A stretch of 64,000 nucleotides of DNA, from positions 1,792,001 through 1,856,000 of the forward strand of contig CBDBBI010000010.1 of NCBI GenBank assembly GCA_965202625.1, written 5' to 3'. Below are positions 47,217-57,575 of this stretch, in pieces. The notes under the pieces are model-generated. The model was not told where the DNA came from, did not search any database, and worked only from the letters and a program-made list of their open reading frames with translations. The position numbers were made by a program, and so were the translations under genes. The DNA comes from a bacterium (lineage in GTDB: Bacteria > UBA8248). The number at the start of each line of letters is the position of its first letter. Position 1 is the first letter of the stretch.

Positions 47217-50108
47217 TCAGCCTGCCCTCGTGTTCTCGAAATACGCTTTCAGGAACCTGCCCGTGTGCGATTTAGAGTTTCGGGACACCTCCTCGGGCGT
47301 CCCCTCAGCGACGATGCGTCCTCCCGCGTCCCCCCCCTCGGGGCCGAGGTCGATCACCCACTCTGCAGAGCGAATCACATCCAGGTTGTGTTCGACCACG
47401 ACCACCGTGTTTCCAAGCCCCACCAGTCGCGTCAACACGTTCAGCAACCGCTCCACGTCCTGAAAATGGAGCCCCGTCGTCGGCTCGTCCATGAGATACA
47501 TCACGTCCCGCGGCGATCTGGCGGCCAGCTGGCCCGCGATTTTCAGACGCTGGGCCTCGCCGCCGGACAGCGTATTCACGGGTTGCCCGATTCTAAGATA
47601 GTTCAGGCCCACGTCTCGGAGAATCAGCAGCTTGTTCAGCACCGACGGCACATGGTCGAAAAAGAGGGCGGCCTCATCCACCGTGAGATTTAGGACATCG
47701 TGGATATTCTTCCCCTTGTATTCGATCTCCATGGTCTGAGCCTTGAAGCGCCTCCCCTCGCAATCCGGGCAGCGGATGAACAAGTCGGCCATGAAGTGCA
47801 TCTCTATCTTCTGGATTCCGCTTCCCGCGCAGGACTCGCATCGTCCTCCTGTCGCGTTGAACGAGAAGTGCCCGGGACCGTAACCCATGTTTTTCGCCCG
47901 AGGGGTATCGGCGAAGAGTCGGCGAATCGCGTCGTATCCCTTCAAATACGTGATGGGGTTGCTCCGGGGGCTTCGCCCGATGGGACTCTGATCGAGCAGC
48001 ACGACGGAATCCACTTCCTCAAATCCCTCAATCCGCCCGAAGCGGCCGATAGGGTGTTGTACCTCGTGAAGAATCCGCGCCAGTGCCGGGTAGAGCGTGT
48101 CGTGCACCAGCGTGCTCTTGCCCGATCCAGAGACGCCCGTGATCGCCACCAGACGCCTCAAGGGAACGTGGAGGTCCACCTCCTTCAGGTTGTTCTCCCG
48201 CGCACCCAACAACGAAAGGCGAGCACCGCTCTCACTCGCCTTTCTCTTTATTTTCATCGGGCGAACATCCCGCTCTCCGCTCAGGAATTTCGCCGTCGCC
48301 GATTTCTCGCACCCGTTCAACGCCTCTCTAGCGCCTGAGAAAACCACCTCGCCGCCGCGCTCGCCCGCGCCGGGTCCTAAGTCCACGACATGGTCCGCCG
48401 CGTTAATGAGGTCGCGATCGTGCTCCACTACGATAAGGGTGTTTCCCCTGTCCACCAAATCCTTCAGGATGCCCGCCAAACGCGCGTTGTCCCTCGGGTG
48501 AAGCCCGATGGTCGGTTCATCAAGAATATAGAGCGTGCCTGTGAGGTGGGCACCCAGTTGATTCGCCAGATTGATCCTCTGGTGCTCGCCCCCGCTCAGG
48601 GTTCTGGTCTCTCGGTCCAGAGTCAGATACTCTAGGCCGACCTTGTGAAGAAAATCGAGTCGATCTCGCACTTGCTTGAGAACGTCTCCGGCGTACGCGT
48701 CCTGCTCCGGCGTCAGCGGTGGAGCCTCAAAATATCTTCTCAATGCTCCGATCGGCATGGCGCAAATCTCAGCGATGGTCCGATCGCCCAACCTTATCCA
48801 CAGCGCCTCGGGCCGCAGGCGCGCGCCCTGGCACGAGGCGCACTTTTGCTGGCTCTGATAGCGCCTTATCATCACGCGCACCCAAACCTTGTATTTTCTT
48901 TTCTTCAATCTCTCGAAAAACGGATAAATCCCCAAAAGCTTCCCTGAACCCTTAAACACCATCTTTTTCTGGCGCGGAGACATCCTCTCCCAGGGAACGT
49001 GAATGTCGAGACCCTCCTCCGCAGCGGCATCTTGAAGCTGCCGGCCGAAATGTCGGCGATAGCGTGGCCTCGTCCAAGGCTCCACCGCTCCTTGGGCGAG
49101 CGTCTTCTTCGGGTCCGGAACGATGAGCGCCTCATCGAAGCACAACGTTTTCCCAAAACCCCCGCATTCCGGGCACGCCCCGTTCGGGTTATTGAAACTG
49201 AACGTGTGCGGAACGGGCGGATCAAACATATTTCCGCAGCATTCAAGCTTTTGGCTGAACCGCAATCTCGGCCCGTCCACGAGCTGCACCTCAGCGACGC
49301 CGCCCCCCTCCCGAAACGCCGTCTCCAGCGACTCTCCCAAGCGTGCGCGGTTTTTGGGCGAAAGCCTCAGACGGTCGACCACGGCGCGAATCGCACGATG
49401 GCCTTGCACCGGGGGCGTTTCCTCCTGGGGTTTTCTCTTGGGAGAGCGGCTCCGCCTCGCGCGCGGGGTGGGGGGTGCCTCTTCTTTGAGTCTCTCGAAA
49501 AGCGTTGGCCCGACGTTGACAACCTCATCGTCCACCATCACCCGAACGTAGCCCCGCGCCATCAAGACTTTCAGTTCATCTTCCATCTCCCCCGACTCGC
49601 GTGGAGACAGGGGAAAGAGTATGAAGCCTCTCTCATCCGAATGTGCACTCAGCAAAAGTGCGACCGCTCCGTCGACGGTGGCGGGAGAAATCTCGCCCCT
49701 GCAATGCGGACAATGCATTTTCCCCGCCTTCGCAAACAAAAGGCGCAAATAATCGTAAATCTCCGAAGCTGTGCCCACCGTGGAGCGGGAATGATTCACC
49801 GGGTTGTATTGCTCGATGGCGATGGCCGGGCTGATGCCCTCGATGGAATCCACGTCGGGCTTGTCCACCCGCTCCAGGAACCGCCGCGCGTAGGTGGAGA
49901 GACTCTCCACGTATCTGCGGTGGCCTTCTGCGTATATGGTGTCGAACGCCAGAGAGGATTTTCCCGAACCGCTCGGGCCCGTAAGGACGATGAATCGCTC
50001 TCTGGGAAGGCGCAGCGAAACGTTCTTGAGGTTATGCTCCCGGGCACCCTCGATCCGCACCTCCTCCATCAGGGATGGAGCAACGGGGCCTGCGCTTCGC
50101 TTATTCAT
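47217..50108 (-). CDS. uvrA: Excinuclease ABC subunit A
   Basis: GAREHNLK, two Walker A motifs (GPSGSGKS, GVSGSGKS), zinc fingers, two LSGGE signatures and DEPT; alternative start at 50069. Confidence 0.95.
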   Translation of the reverse strand: MNKRSAGPVAPSLMEEVRIEGAREHNLKNVSLRLPRERFIVLTGPSGSGKSSLAFDTIYAEGHRRYVESLSTYARRFLERVDKPDVDSIEGISPAIAIEQYNPVNHSRSTVGTASEIYDYLRLLFAKAGKMHCPHCRGEISPATVDGAVALLLSAHSDERGFILFPLSPRESGEMEDELKVLMARGYVRVMVDDEVVNVGPTLFERLKEEAPPTPRARRSRSPKRKPQEETPPVQGHRAIRAVVDRLRLSPKNRARLGESLETAFREGGGVAEVQLVDGPRLRFSQKLECCGNMFDPPVPHTFSFNNPNGACPECGGFGKTLCFDEALIVPDPKKTLAQGAVEPWTRPRYRRHFGRQLQDAAAEEGLDIHVPWERMSPRQKKMVFKGSGKLLGIYPFFERLKKRKYKVWVRVMIRRYQSQQKCASCQGARLRPEALWIRLGDRTIAEICAMPIGALRRYFEAPPLTPEQDAYAGDVLKQVRDRLDFLHKVGLEYLTLDRETRTLSGGEHQRINLANQLGAHLTGTLYILDEPTIGLHPRDNARLAGILKDLVDRGNTLIVVEHDRDLINAADHVVDLGPGAGERGGEVVFSGAREALNGCEKSATAKFLSGERDVRPMKIKRKASESGARLSLLGARENNLKEVDLHVPLRRLVAITGVSGSGKSTLVHDTLYPALARILHEVQHPIGRFGRIEGFEEVDSVVLLDQSPIGRSPRSNPITYLKGYDAIRRLFADTPRAKNMGYGPGHFSFNATGGRCESCAGSGIQKIEMHFMADLFIRCPDCEGRRFKAQTMEIEYKGKNIHDVLNLTVDEAALFFDHVPSVLNKLLILRDVGLNYLRIGQPVNTLSGGEAQRLKIAGQLAARSPRDVMYLMDEPTTGLHFQDVERLLNVLTRLVGLGNTVVVVEHNLDVIRSAEWVIDLGPEGGDAGGRIVAEGTPEEVSRNSKSHTGRFLKAYFENTRAG

Positions 50109-50387
50109 CGTCTACTGGTAGTCACGTGGGCAGCGAACGGGATGATAACCCACCAATATGATGCGCGAGAAAAGCGCGTGTCAAGGCACTTTTGCGCACG
50201 CGAGATGAGAATTCAATCAAGGGTGGGGAATTTGACAAAGGCATTATTAGAGAACGCAAATAAAGCGATACAAGACGCCTGCCTACGATTGGATACTCCA
50301 GGGGCCCCCAAAACAACAGCCCTCTTGCCTTCTCAAAAGTCCGTAGACAATCGCCGCCGCTCCACAGAGGCGCGTCGGGGAGAAAAT

Positions 50388-51320
50388 CTACTCCCTAGGA
50401 GCGATGACGATGAAAGTAGGCGTAGGCCGGCCTGGAATGTGAATTTCCGGAGCCGGACCCCCCGCTCGAACCCACAGCTGCGAGCTCGATCCGCCGTCCA
50501 GGTTCATGGCGTCCCTCAGTCCAAGTCCCCCCTTCGATTCGGACAAAACCAAGTATTCCTGAAGCTCGCACCAGGAGACGCCGCGTGTTTCATTCTCGCT
50601 CACCAAGATGACGAGCCTATCCTTTGCGTCGAGTCCGACCACCGTTCTTCTCGTGGGACGCAGATATTCTCGATACCGCGCCAGTCCCTTAACAGGCTTC
50701 CTGTCCGCCACGAGATGGGGCCCCGCCTGAAACGCCTCTCTGACGCCAGAATCCTCAAATGCTTGGCGAGAGACAATTTTCGGTCTCCCATCTTCTTGCC
50801 CCACAGCGAACAATGCGCCGAAATGTAGGGCGATTTTGCGTCCTCGATACAACACTCGGCTGTTGAACGCCTTACCGCCCGAACGGAAATACCCCAGCGG
50901 GCGTCCGTTGACGTCATAATAGCCGGCGTTCACGATGACGACGGCTCCCATCCTCTCGCCAAGGCGGCTCAAGTCGATGGGGGAGAACCACTTGTACTTC
51001 TCGCGCCAGTGAAGGCGAATCTTAAACTTCTGATGACGCAGGCGCACCGCCTGCATTCGGCCGATAGCCCCGTCCTCAAACCGAATTCGAACGCTTCGCA
51101 CCTCCAGCGGAGGGACGCCGCGCCTCGTCCAGCGACCATCACCCACCAGATGCCCCTTGAACGGACAAGCAGACACGGCCCCAGCAGGCGGCGGGATGCC
51201 TATAGAAAAGACTCCGGCCAAGATAAGTGAAGCCAGACGCTTCGTCGCGAACGCTCCCTCGCCGTCAGCCCCTCTTCCGGATGCGCGCCCAAAACCCCTA
51301 AAAACCAACTGCGCATCCAT
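50388..51320 (-). CDS. Phosphodiester glycosidase family protein (NAGPA/DUF2233)
   Basis: VNAGYY, QAGPHLV, RRTVVG and AMNLDGGSSSQL; start uncertain. Confidence 0.82.
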   Translation of the reverse strand: MDAQLVFRGFGRASGRGADGEGAFATKRLASLILAGVFSIGIPPPAGAVSACPFKGHLVGDGRWTRRGVPPLEVRSVRIRFEDGAIGRMQAVRLRHQKFKIRLHWREKYKWFSPIDLSRLGERMGAVVIVNAGYYDVNGRPLGYFRSGGKAFNSRVLYRGRKIALHFGALFAVGQEDGRPKIVSRQAFEDSGVREAFQAGPHLVADRKPVKGLARYREYLRPTRRTVVGLDAKDRLVILVSENETRGVSWCELQEYLVLSESKGGLGLRDAMNLDGGSSSQLWVRAGGPAPEIHIPGRPTPTFIVIAPRE

Positions 51321-52905
51321 CCCTGCGATGATCGGATCCGCCCATAAACACGCCGTCGTCCAGTCGAACGATCCCCTGGCCTCCCCCGAAACCCTCATAG
51401 CCACCGGCACGGCGGACGTCATGTCCCCTTGATTCGAGTTCCTCAAGCACGGTCTCCGGCACGCCACCCTCTATTGCCACCTCGCGACCACCCAAAGCAC
51501 GAAAACGGGGCGCGTCGATAGCAGCCTGGACATCCATACCGAAATCCACCATGTTCGAGAGAACCTGCACATGGCCTTGCGGCTGCATGTCTCCTCCCAT
51601 GACGCCGAAGCTCATCCACGGCTCCCCCTCCTTCATCACGAACCCGGGGATGATGGTGTGCAAGGGTCGCTTGCCCGGCCCGATGCAATTCGGATGCCCC
51701 TCCTCCAGCACAAAACCGCTACCCCTGTTCTGCAGCATAACCCCCGTCTCGCCGCCGGTCACTCCGGAGCCAAAATGATGAAAGAGGCTGTTGATGAACG
51801 AGCACATGTTGCCCTGGGAGTCCGCCGTCGTGAGATACACAGTGTCGCTCCAGACGCCAAGCGTTCCGGCCTCCGGGCTGCCGGCTCGCCTCTCGTCGAT
51901 GCGCTTTCGCCGCTCATCGGCGTATTTCAAAGAGAGGAGCCCCTGGAGGGGCACGTCCGCCTCGTCCATGTCCGCCACGTAGCGATCTCTGTCCGAGAAG
52001 GCGAGCTTCATCGCCTCGATCATAAGGTGGAGATGATCGACCGATCCGTAGCGCATCTCCCCTAGAGGATAAGCACCTATGAGATTCAGACATATCAGCG
52101 CAGTGACGCCTTGGCCCGGGGGGGGTATCTCGCAAAGCGAATAGCCGCGGTAGTTCGCGTGAATCGGTTCCACCCAGACGCATTTCGTAGAGGCGAAATC
52201 CTCCATATCAAGCAAGCCGCCGAGCTCCTTCGTGTAGCGAACAATCTCCTCAGCTAACGGGCCTTCATAGAAAGCCTCGCGTCCGCCGGAGGCTATCGTC
52301 CGAAGCGACGCTCCCAACCTGGGGTTTCGGAATCTCTCCCCGATCTTTGGCGGGCGGTCCGCAGGCAGATAGGTTTGACGCGAGTACGCGCACCTCTTCA
52401 ACTTCTCCGCCTGGTTCGCCCATGCCCGCCCGATGATGGGGGAGAGGGGAAAGCCATCTTCCGCATATTGAATCGCCGGCTGAAGGAGCTCCGACATAGA
52501 CTTCTTCCCGCCCCCACATCGCTCGTGGGCGGCGAACCAGCCGTCCACCGCGCCGGGGACGGTACAGGAATAGACCCCCGTCTCTGGCATGGAGGAGAAC
52601 TCCCGGTAGCGCGACAGGGTAGCGTTAGACGGACTCTTCCCACTGCCGTTCAAACCCAGAAGCTCCTTCGCTCCAGCGTCCCAATACAGCATGAACATGT
52701 CTCCACCGGCCCCAGTGGACTGCGGCTCCAACACACTCAGTGCGGCGGCCGTGGCGATGGCCGCGTCCACCGCGTTTCCTCCCTCTCTCAACATCTGGAG
52801 ACCCGCCTCGGCGGCCAAGGGTTGGCTGGTCGCCACCAAGCCGCCGGATGCAAATACGGGAGAGCGGCCAACGGGCAAGGACATTTTCGCGATCGGCGCC
52901 TTCAA
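51298..52905 (-). CDS. ggt: Gamma-glutamyltransferase
   Basis: GGNAVDAAIA, TVPG, DT autoprocessing Thr, QNRG, KRPLHTIIP and GGDMQPQGH. Confidence 0.94.
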   Translation of the reverse strand: MKAPIAKMSLPVGRSPVFASGGLVATSQPLAAEAGLQMLREGGNAVDAAIATAAALSVLEPQSTGAGGDMFMLYWDAGAKELLGLNGSGKSPSNATLSRYREFSSMPETGVYSCTVPGAVDGWFAAHERCGGGKKSMSELLQPAIQYAEDGFPLSPIIGRAWANQAEKLKRCAYSRQTYLPADRPPKIGERFRNPRLGASLRTIASGGREAFYEGPLAEEIVRYTKELGGLLDMEDFASTKCVWVEPIHANYRGYSLCEIPPPGQGVTALICLNLIGAYPLGEMRYGSVDHLHLMIEAMKLAFSDRDRYVADMDEADVPLQGLLSLKYADERRKRIDERRAGSPEAGTLGVWSDTVYLTTADSQGNMCSFINSLFHHFGSGVTGGETGVMLQNRGSGFVLEEGHPNCIGPGKRPLHTIIPGFVMKEGEPWMSFGVMGGDMQPQGHVQVLSNMVDFGMDVQAAIDAPRFRALGGREVAIEGGVPETVLEELESRGHDVRRAGGYEGFGGGQGIVRLDDGVFMGGSDHRRDGCAVGF

Positions 52906-52908
52906 CGC

Positions 52909-54006
52909 TCACTCCTTCATGAAAAACGATGGCTCGTCAGTTGGTCGATCATCCGTTACTTGTTCTGCACCGCGGAGAAAAACCGCATCGCGCGCCCTCC
53001 TAATTGAAGGCGAAGTCATCGCGCCCGGCCCCACGACGCACCTATTCAAGACAGAATACCCATCCACACTCCCGCCTGGGAAAATGACCGATTCTCGCAC
53101 GACGGCACCATCCCTAAGGGTAGCACCCTCCATCAGAACAGCAAAAGGCCCCGCCTGCGCGTCTTTTTGGATGAGAACGTCACTCCCGAGCAAAACGGGA
53201 GGCACAACGTTTCCCTCTCCCCATCTCATCGGGGGACCTTCCAGCAGGGCAAACCCCCTCGGCGGCCATGGAAACTCAGGGACAAAGCGCCCCGACAGTA
53301 TATCGGCACTCGCTTGCAGATACTTTGAAAGGGTGCCCACGTCTGCCCAATAAGAATCGCTCAAAATCGCCCCGATCCTGGCACCGCTCTCCACCAATGG
53401 AGGGTAAATCTCCGTTGAAATATCGGATGCGACACCCGGGGGAATATGCTCCAGCATTTCAGGAGACATGACGCTCAATCCGGTGAACATCGCCTGGCGC
53501 AATTCGCCCTCCGGGATACCCGGCGCGCGCGCGCCCAAAAACCCTCGCAAGCGTCCTACCTCATCCAGTGCGAGAGCACCATATTTCTCCACCTCCGGCG
53601 AGCACCTGAGGATGAGCGTGGTGAGAAAACCGCCCTTTTGATGATGCGCCAACGCTTCCCCCAAGTCCGCGCCGCACGGGGCATCCGCGTTAAGAACAAA
53701 GAAAGGCTCTCCCCTCTCACGCAAAAACGCCTCTGCGTTCTTGATTCCGCCGGCGGTGCCCAAAATTTCAGGTTCGTGAAAATATTGAACGCGCACGCCG
53801 TGTGTGCGCGCGCCCAGAGCGGAGCGAATCTTCTCCGCGCCATGGTGCAAGTTGACCGCGGCCTCTCGCAGGCCGACCCTCGCCAGCTTCTCCAACGCGA
53901 AGCCGATGAGCGGCACGCCGCCCAAGGGCAAAAGTGGCTTAGGAATTTCCTCTCCCAACCCACCCAGCCTCTTGCCATAGCCCGCCGCCATCACGAACGC
54001 CCGCAT
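52909..54006 (-). CDS. NDP-sugar pyrophosphorylase (mannose-1-phosphate guanylyltransferase-like) with C-terminal LbH repeats
   Basis: MAAGYGKRL..PKPL, LGTAGGI, LNAD and WADVGT; hexapeptide tail; start at ATG 54006. Confidence 0.88.
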   Translation of the reverse strand: MRAFVMAAGYGKRLGGLGEEIPKPLLPLGGVPLIGFALEKLARVGLREAAVNLHHGAEKIRSALGARTHGVRVQYFHEPEILGTAGGIKNAEAFLRERGEPFFVLNADAPCGADLGEALAHHQKGGFLTTLILRCSPEVEKYGALALDEVGRLRGFLGARAPGIPEGELRQAMFTGLSVMSPEMLEHIPPGVASDISTEIYPPLVESGARIGAILSDSYWADVGTLSKYLQASADILSGRFVPEFPWPPRGFALLEGPPMRWGEGNVVPPVLLGSDVLIQKDAQAGPFAVLMEGATLRDGAVVRESVIFPGGSVDGYSVLNRCVVGPGAMTSPSIRRARDAVFLRGAEQVTDDRPTDEPSFFMKE

Positions 54007-54118
54007 CGCGCCCCCGCTTGCCCCTCGCTCTGCACACTCATCCCCCCACGCTTTCCATGAGAACGAAACAAAACCGGGCGTCTTACGCCGCCCGGCTCTG
54101 TTCGAGTTTGAATGAAGG

Positions 54119-56449
54119 TCAAGCGACCTCGGCACCCCGCGCGTGAATGGCCATGGCGACGCTTTCCGGCGTGATGGGCAGCTTGGTGAAGCGATGGCCG
54201 ACAGCGTCTCGCACAGCGTTTGAAATTGCAGCCAGCGTGGGCACCAGGGAGCTCTCCCCTACGCCCTTCGCACCATAGGGGCCAGTCGCGTTCGCCGCCT
54301 CCACGATGATGGTGATGAATTCCGGCGTATCCATTGATACAGGGATCTCGTATCGAGCCAGATCGGGCGTGAGCACGCGACCCTCATGGACTTCGACCTC
54401 CTCGATCAACGCCTGGCCAATCCCCATTTCGATGCCACCCTGTATCTGCCCGATCACCCCTTGGGGGTTGATGGCACGGCCAACGTCATGAGCGGCGACC
54501 ATGCGCCTCACCCAAACCTCTCCCGTTTTCGGGTCAACCGCCACGTCCGCCACCTGGACGCCATAGCTGTATACCATGAACGGTACACCCTCTCCGGTCT
54601 CGGGGTTAAACGTCAAAGGTCCCGTGCTGAACCAACCCTGGCCGGTGATCTTCTTGCCGACCAAAAGCGCCTGCGCGACCACCGCGCTAAACAGGATCGA
54701 CCGCTCAGGCGCGCTCTTGACGAAAACGTTTCCGTTTCTGAAAGCCACGTCCTCCGCCCGACCTTCAAGCATCTCCGCTGCCACGGAAGCGAGTATGCCC
54801 CGCACTTCCGCGATGGCCTCGCATACCGCGTTACCGGGAATCGTGGTGGAGCGCGATCCGGCGGTAAAACCGCTCTCTGGAACGGCGTCGGTATCCACCT
54901 GCATGATGCGCACGTTCTCAAAACGCACGCCCATAGCTTCCGCCGCTATCTGAGCGAGCACCGTATGCGCACCTTGGCCGAGCTCGATGATACCGACCCC
55001 GACCTGCACCTTCCCGTCATCGGTCACGTGCACCTGGGCGCCACACGAATCCGAGGGCGACGCGGCGCCCGTGGAATACCAGAACCCCGCCACGCCGCGG
55101 CCATACAGCAGGCCATCGCCGTTCGCCTCCTCTCTCGGATGCGGCCCAAGCGCTCTCTCCGCCTCATCAAGACACTCCATGTAGCCCACGCTCTGGTCCA
55201 GCACCTGGCGGGTGGCAGTGGAGGAGCCGAGCTTGTAGCCGTTGCGTCGCCTCAATTCAAAGGGGTCCATACCCAGTGAGAGGGCCAGATCGTCCATCTG
55301 GCTTTCAATCGCGAAATGCACCTGGGGAACGCCCAAGCCGCGCATGGCGCACGTATTAACGTTGTTCGTGAGAACGAGGTAGCCGTCGGCCCAGACGTTT
55401 TCGCACTCATACGCGCCGGAGGAATGAATGATGAGTTTCTTGATGATGCCGGGCCCGACCGCGGCGTATGGACCCTTGTTGAGATAGATATGGACGCGCA
55501 TGGCAGTGATTTTGCCGTCTTTCCTCGCGCCAATTTTGTGCCGAATCACCGCGGGAACGCGCTTCGCCTTGCCACCCAGAGATTCCTCCCGCGTATAGTT
55601 GTAGATGGCAGGGCGGCGGGTCTGGAGGGCGACCAAACCCGCCCGCATAGCAATTTCGATGGAGGTCTCCTCCTTCCCTCCAAAGCCGCCGCCGGGCGGA
55701 GTGGAGATGAACTGAACCTCGTTTTGTCCCAGCCCCAAAACCGGAGCTATGACGCGCCTCACCATGTGCGGACACTGGGTAGGTCCCGTACAGGTGATGG
55801 AACCATCGGGGTTGGGAACCACGTAGCCCGCGTCCGGCTCAAGGTAGGCGTGATCGACGAACTGGGTCTCGTAGGTATTTTCCAGTATCACGTCCGCCTC
55901 GGCGAAACCTTCCTCAACGTCCCCCTTGCGGATCTTCAGATGGGTGAGTACGTTGCCCTTGGCGACCGGGTGATCCGGCTGGACAATGGGGGCGTCCTCC
56001 TTCAGAGCGTCTTGCACCTCAAAAACGGCGGGAAGCACCTTAGCCTCGACTTTCACTAGACCGGCCGCAAATTCCGCCTGCTCCAGCGTATCCGCCGCCA
56101 CGATAGCCACGACGTCCTGAAGCGAATAGATGCGCCCCTCCACTAGGACCGGCTGGTCGGGAATCAACATGCCGTAGCGCTTCTGGCATGGAATGTCCTT
56201 TGAGGTGAGGACACAGGCGACGCCCGGCGCATTCTCCGCCGCCCTCGAGTCGATTCGTTTCAGCGTTCCACAAGCGATGGGTGCCGTTACGGGAACGACA
56301 TATAGCGGGTTGATCAACCGGTGATCCGCGGCGAACAAGGGCGAGCCATCCGCTTTGGGCGGGCCGTCCACCCGGGGGACGTCGACGCCGATGAGCTCCC
56401 CATCGTCATCAGGCCCGCCGAACATCTCCTGATAAAAACGCTCTGACAT
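54119..56449 (-). CDS. Xanthine dehydrogenase family molybdopterin-binding subunit
   Basis: HAYLEP, GGGFGGK, AMRGLG, ELGQG, AGSR, HDVGRAINP and GAKGVGE. Confidence 0.93.
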   Translation of the reverse strand: MSERFYQEMFGGPDDDGELIGVDVPRVDGPPKADGSPLFAADHRLINPLYVVPVTAPIACGTLKRIDSRAAENAPGVACVLTSKDIPCQKRYGMLIPDQPVLVEGRIYSLQDVVAIVAADTLEQAEFAAGLVKVEAKVLPAVFEVQDALKEDAPIVQPDHPVAKGNVLTHLKIRKGDVEEGFAEADVILENTYETQFVDHAYLEPDAGYVVPNPDGSITCTGPTQCPHMVRRVIAPVLGLGQNEVQFISTPPGGGFGGKEETSIEIAMRAGLVALQTRRPAIYNYTREESLGGKAKRVPAVIRHKIGARKDGKITAMRVHIYLNKGPYAAVGPGIIKKLIIHSSGAYECENVWADGYLVLTNNVNTCAMRGLGVPQVHFAIESQMDDLALSLGMDPFELRRRNGYKLGSSTATRQVLDQSVGYMECLDEAERALGPHPREEANGDGLLYGRGVAGFWYSTGAASPSDSCGAQVHVTDDGKVQVGVGIIELGQGAHTVLAQIAAEAMGVRFENVRIMQVDTDAVPESGFTAGSRSTTIPGNAVCEAIAEVRGILASVAAEMLEGRAEDVAFRNGNVFVKSAPERSILFSAVVAQALLVGKKITGQGWFSTGPLTFNPETGEGVPFMVYSYGVQVADVAVDPKTGEVWVRRMVAAHDVGRAINPQGVIGQIQGGIEMGIGQALIEEVEVHEGRVLTPDLARYEIPVSMDTPEFITIIVEAANATGPYGAKGVGESSLVPTLAAISNAVRDAVGHRFTKLPITPESVAMAIHARGAEVA

Positions 56450-56534
56450 GACAAGCCTCCGCTCCTAAAAACCTGCGTTCCTTGAAGTAGTGAAACGGAT
56501 TTACGCGCCTCGCGGAAACATGGAGACGAACGGC

Positions 56535-57446
56535 TCAAACCGCCTCCGGCCCGCCGGGCTTCTTCCTGAACAAGCGCTCTATCTCATCGGCCACCTCAGC
56601 ACCGGGGGGCAGATTGTCCTCCTCATCCGATTCCTCAAGCGCGTTCTCAAAATCCACGCCAGGAACGTCATCGGGAATCCGTCCCTTTTGCATGTCTTCC
56701 ACATACCTGGCGATGCGGGGATCCTTGATAAGGATTTGCTCCACCTGCTCGTCAAACGCGTCGATCGCGACGTCGAACTCCTCCAGGGATATTTCAAAAT
56801 CGCCCACGACACTCAACTTCTCCAGAAGAGCGCGCGTCGCCCTAGGGTTGGAGAGCGACGCGATGTAGTGCGGCACGTTCGCCCACAGGCTCACCGCCGG
56901 AAAACCCGCATCCTGCATGAGCGTATGAACGACGCCCACGATGCCCGTAGGCCCCTCATAGCGCGTTATCTCCACGCCGTGGGGCTCCACCAGCGAGGAG
57001 TCGGTGGCGATGGCCACCAGATGGCTGGGCCGTGTATGCAATTCCCCCGTGAGTAGTGCCCCCATCGTCACGATCATCCGCACGCCGAAGTGCTCCGCTA
57101 TTTCCAAGACTTCTCGGCTGAAACGCTTCCACCGCAAATGGGGTTCGGTTCCGACTCCGACGATCAGATCGCGCCCGAAGACGGGCTTTCGGCAATAGAA
57201 AAAATCGTTCGCCGGCCACTTCATCCGCCGCTCGCCGGATTCGTTGAATTTCACAGTAGGTCGCTGATCTGAGAACTGGAAAAAATCATCCGGATGAATC
57301 CGCGCCACGCGCTCCCCTCGAAAGTGGTGAACCAGGTAGCGCGCCGCCACTGTGGCGGATTCCGCCGCATCGTTCCATCCGGAGAACGCCATCACGAACA
57401 GGGGGGCTTTCACGTCGGCCACTTCACAGAGAAACGTAACACTCAT
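56535..57446 (-). CDS. PAC2 family (proteasome assembly chaperone-like) protein
   Basis: AFSGWNDAAESA, GTEPHLRW, HTRP, YEGPTGIVGV and SLWANVPHY. Confidence 0.88.
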   Translation of the reverse strand: MSVTFLCEVADVKAPLFVMAFSGWNDAAESATVAARYLVHHFRGERVARIHPDDFFQFSDQRPTVKFNESGERRMKWPANDFFYCRKPVFGRDLIVGVGTEPHLRWKRFSREVLEIAEHFGVRMIVTMGALLTGELHTRPSHLVAIATDSSLVEPHGVEITRYEGPTGIVGVVHTLMQDAGFPAVSLWANVPHYIASLSNPRATRALLEKLSVVGDFEISLEEFDVAIDAFDEQVEQILIKDPRIARYVEDMQKGRIPDDVPGVDFENALEESDEEDNLPPGAEVADEIERLFRKKPGGPEAV

Positions 57447-57575
57447 ATCCAGACACCCTCACTTTCGTCTTGTCCTTAAAAGTGTTTCCACCTTGAAACC
57501 TGCATACTAAACCCCGAACTGCGGCTTCTCAACGGCAAAAACCGACGACACCCACTTCATTTCGCAGGAGCAGCT

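Noticed and set aside
48999-50828. 609-aa plus-strand ORF
   Set aside because: Antisense shadow of uvrA and the NAGPA-like gene; no motifs, and expected in GC-rich DNA
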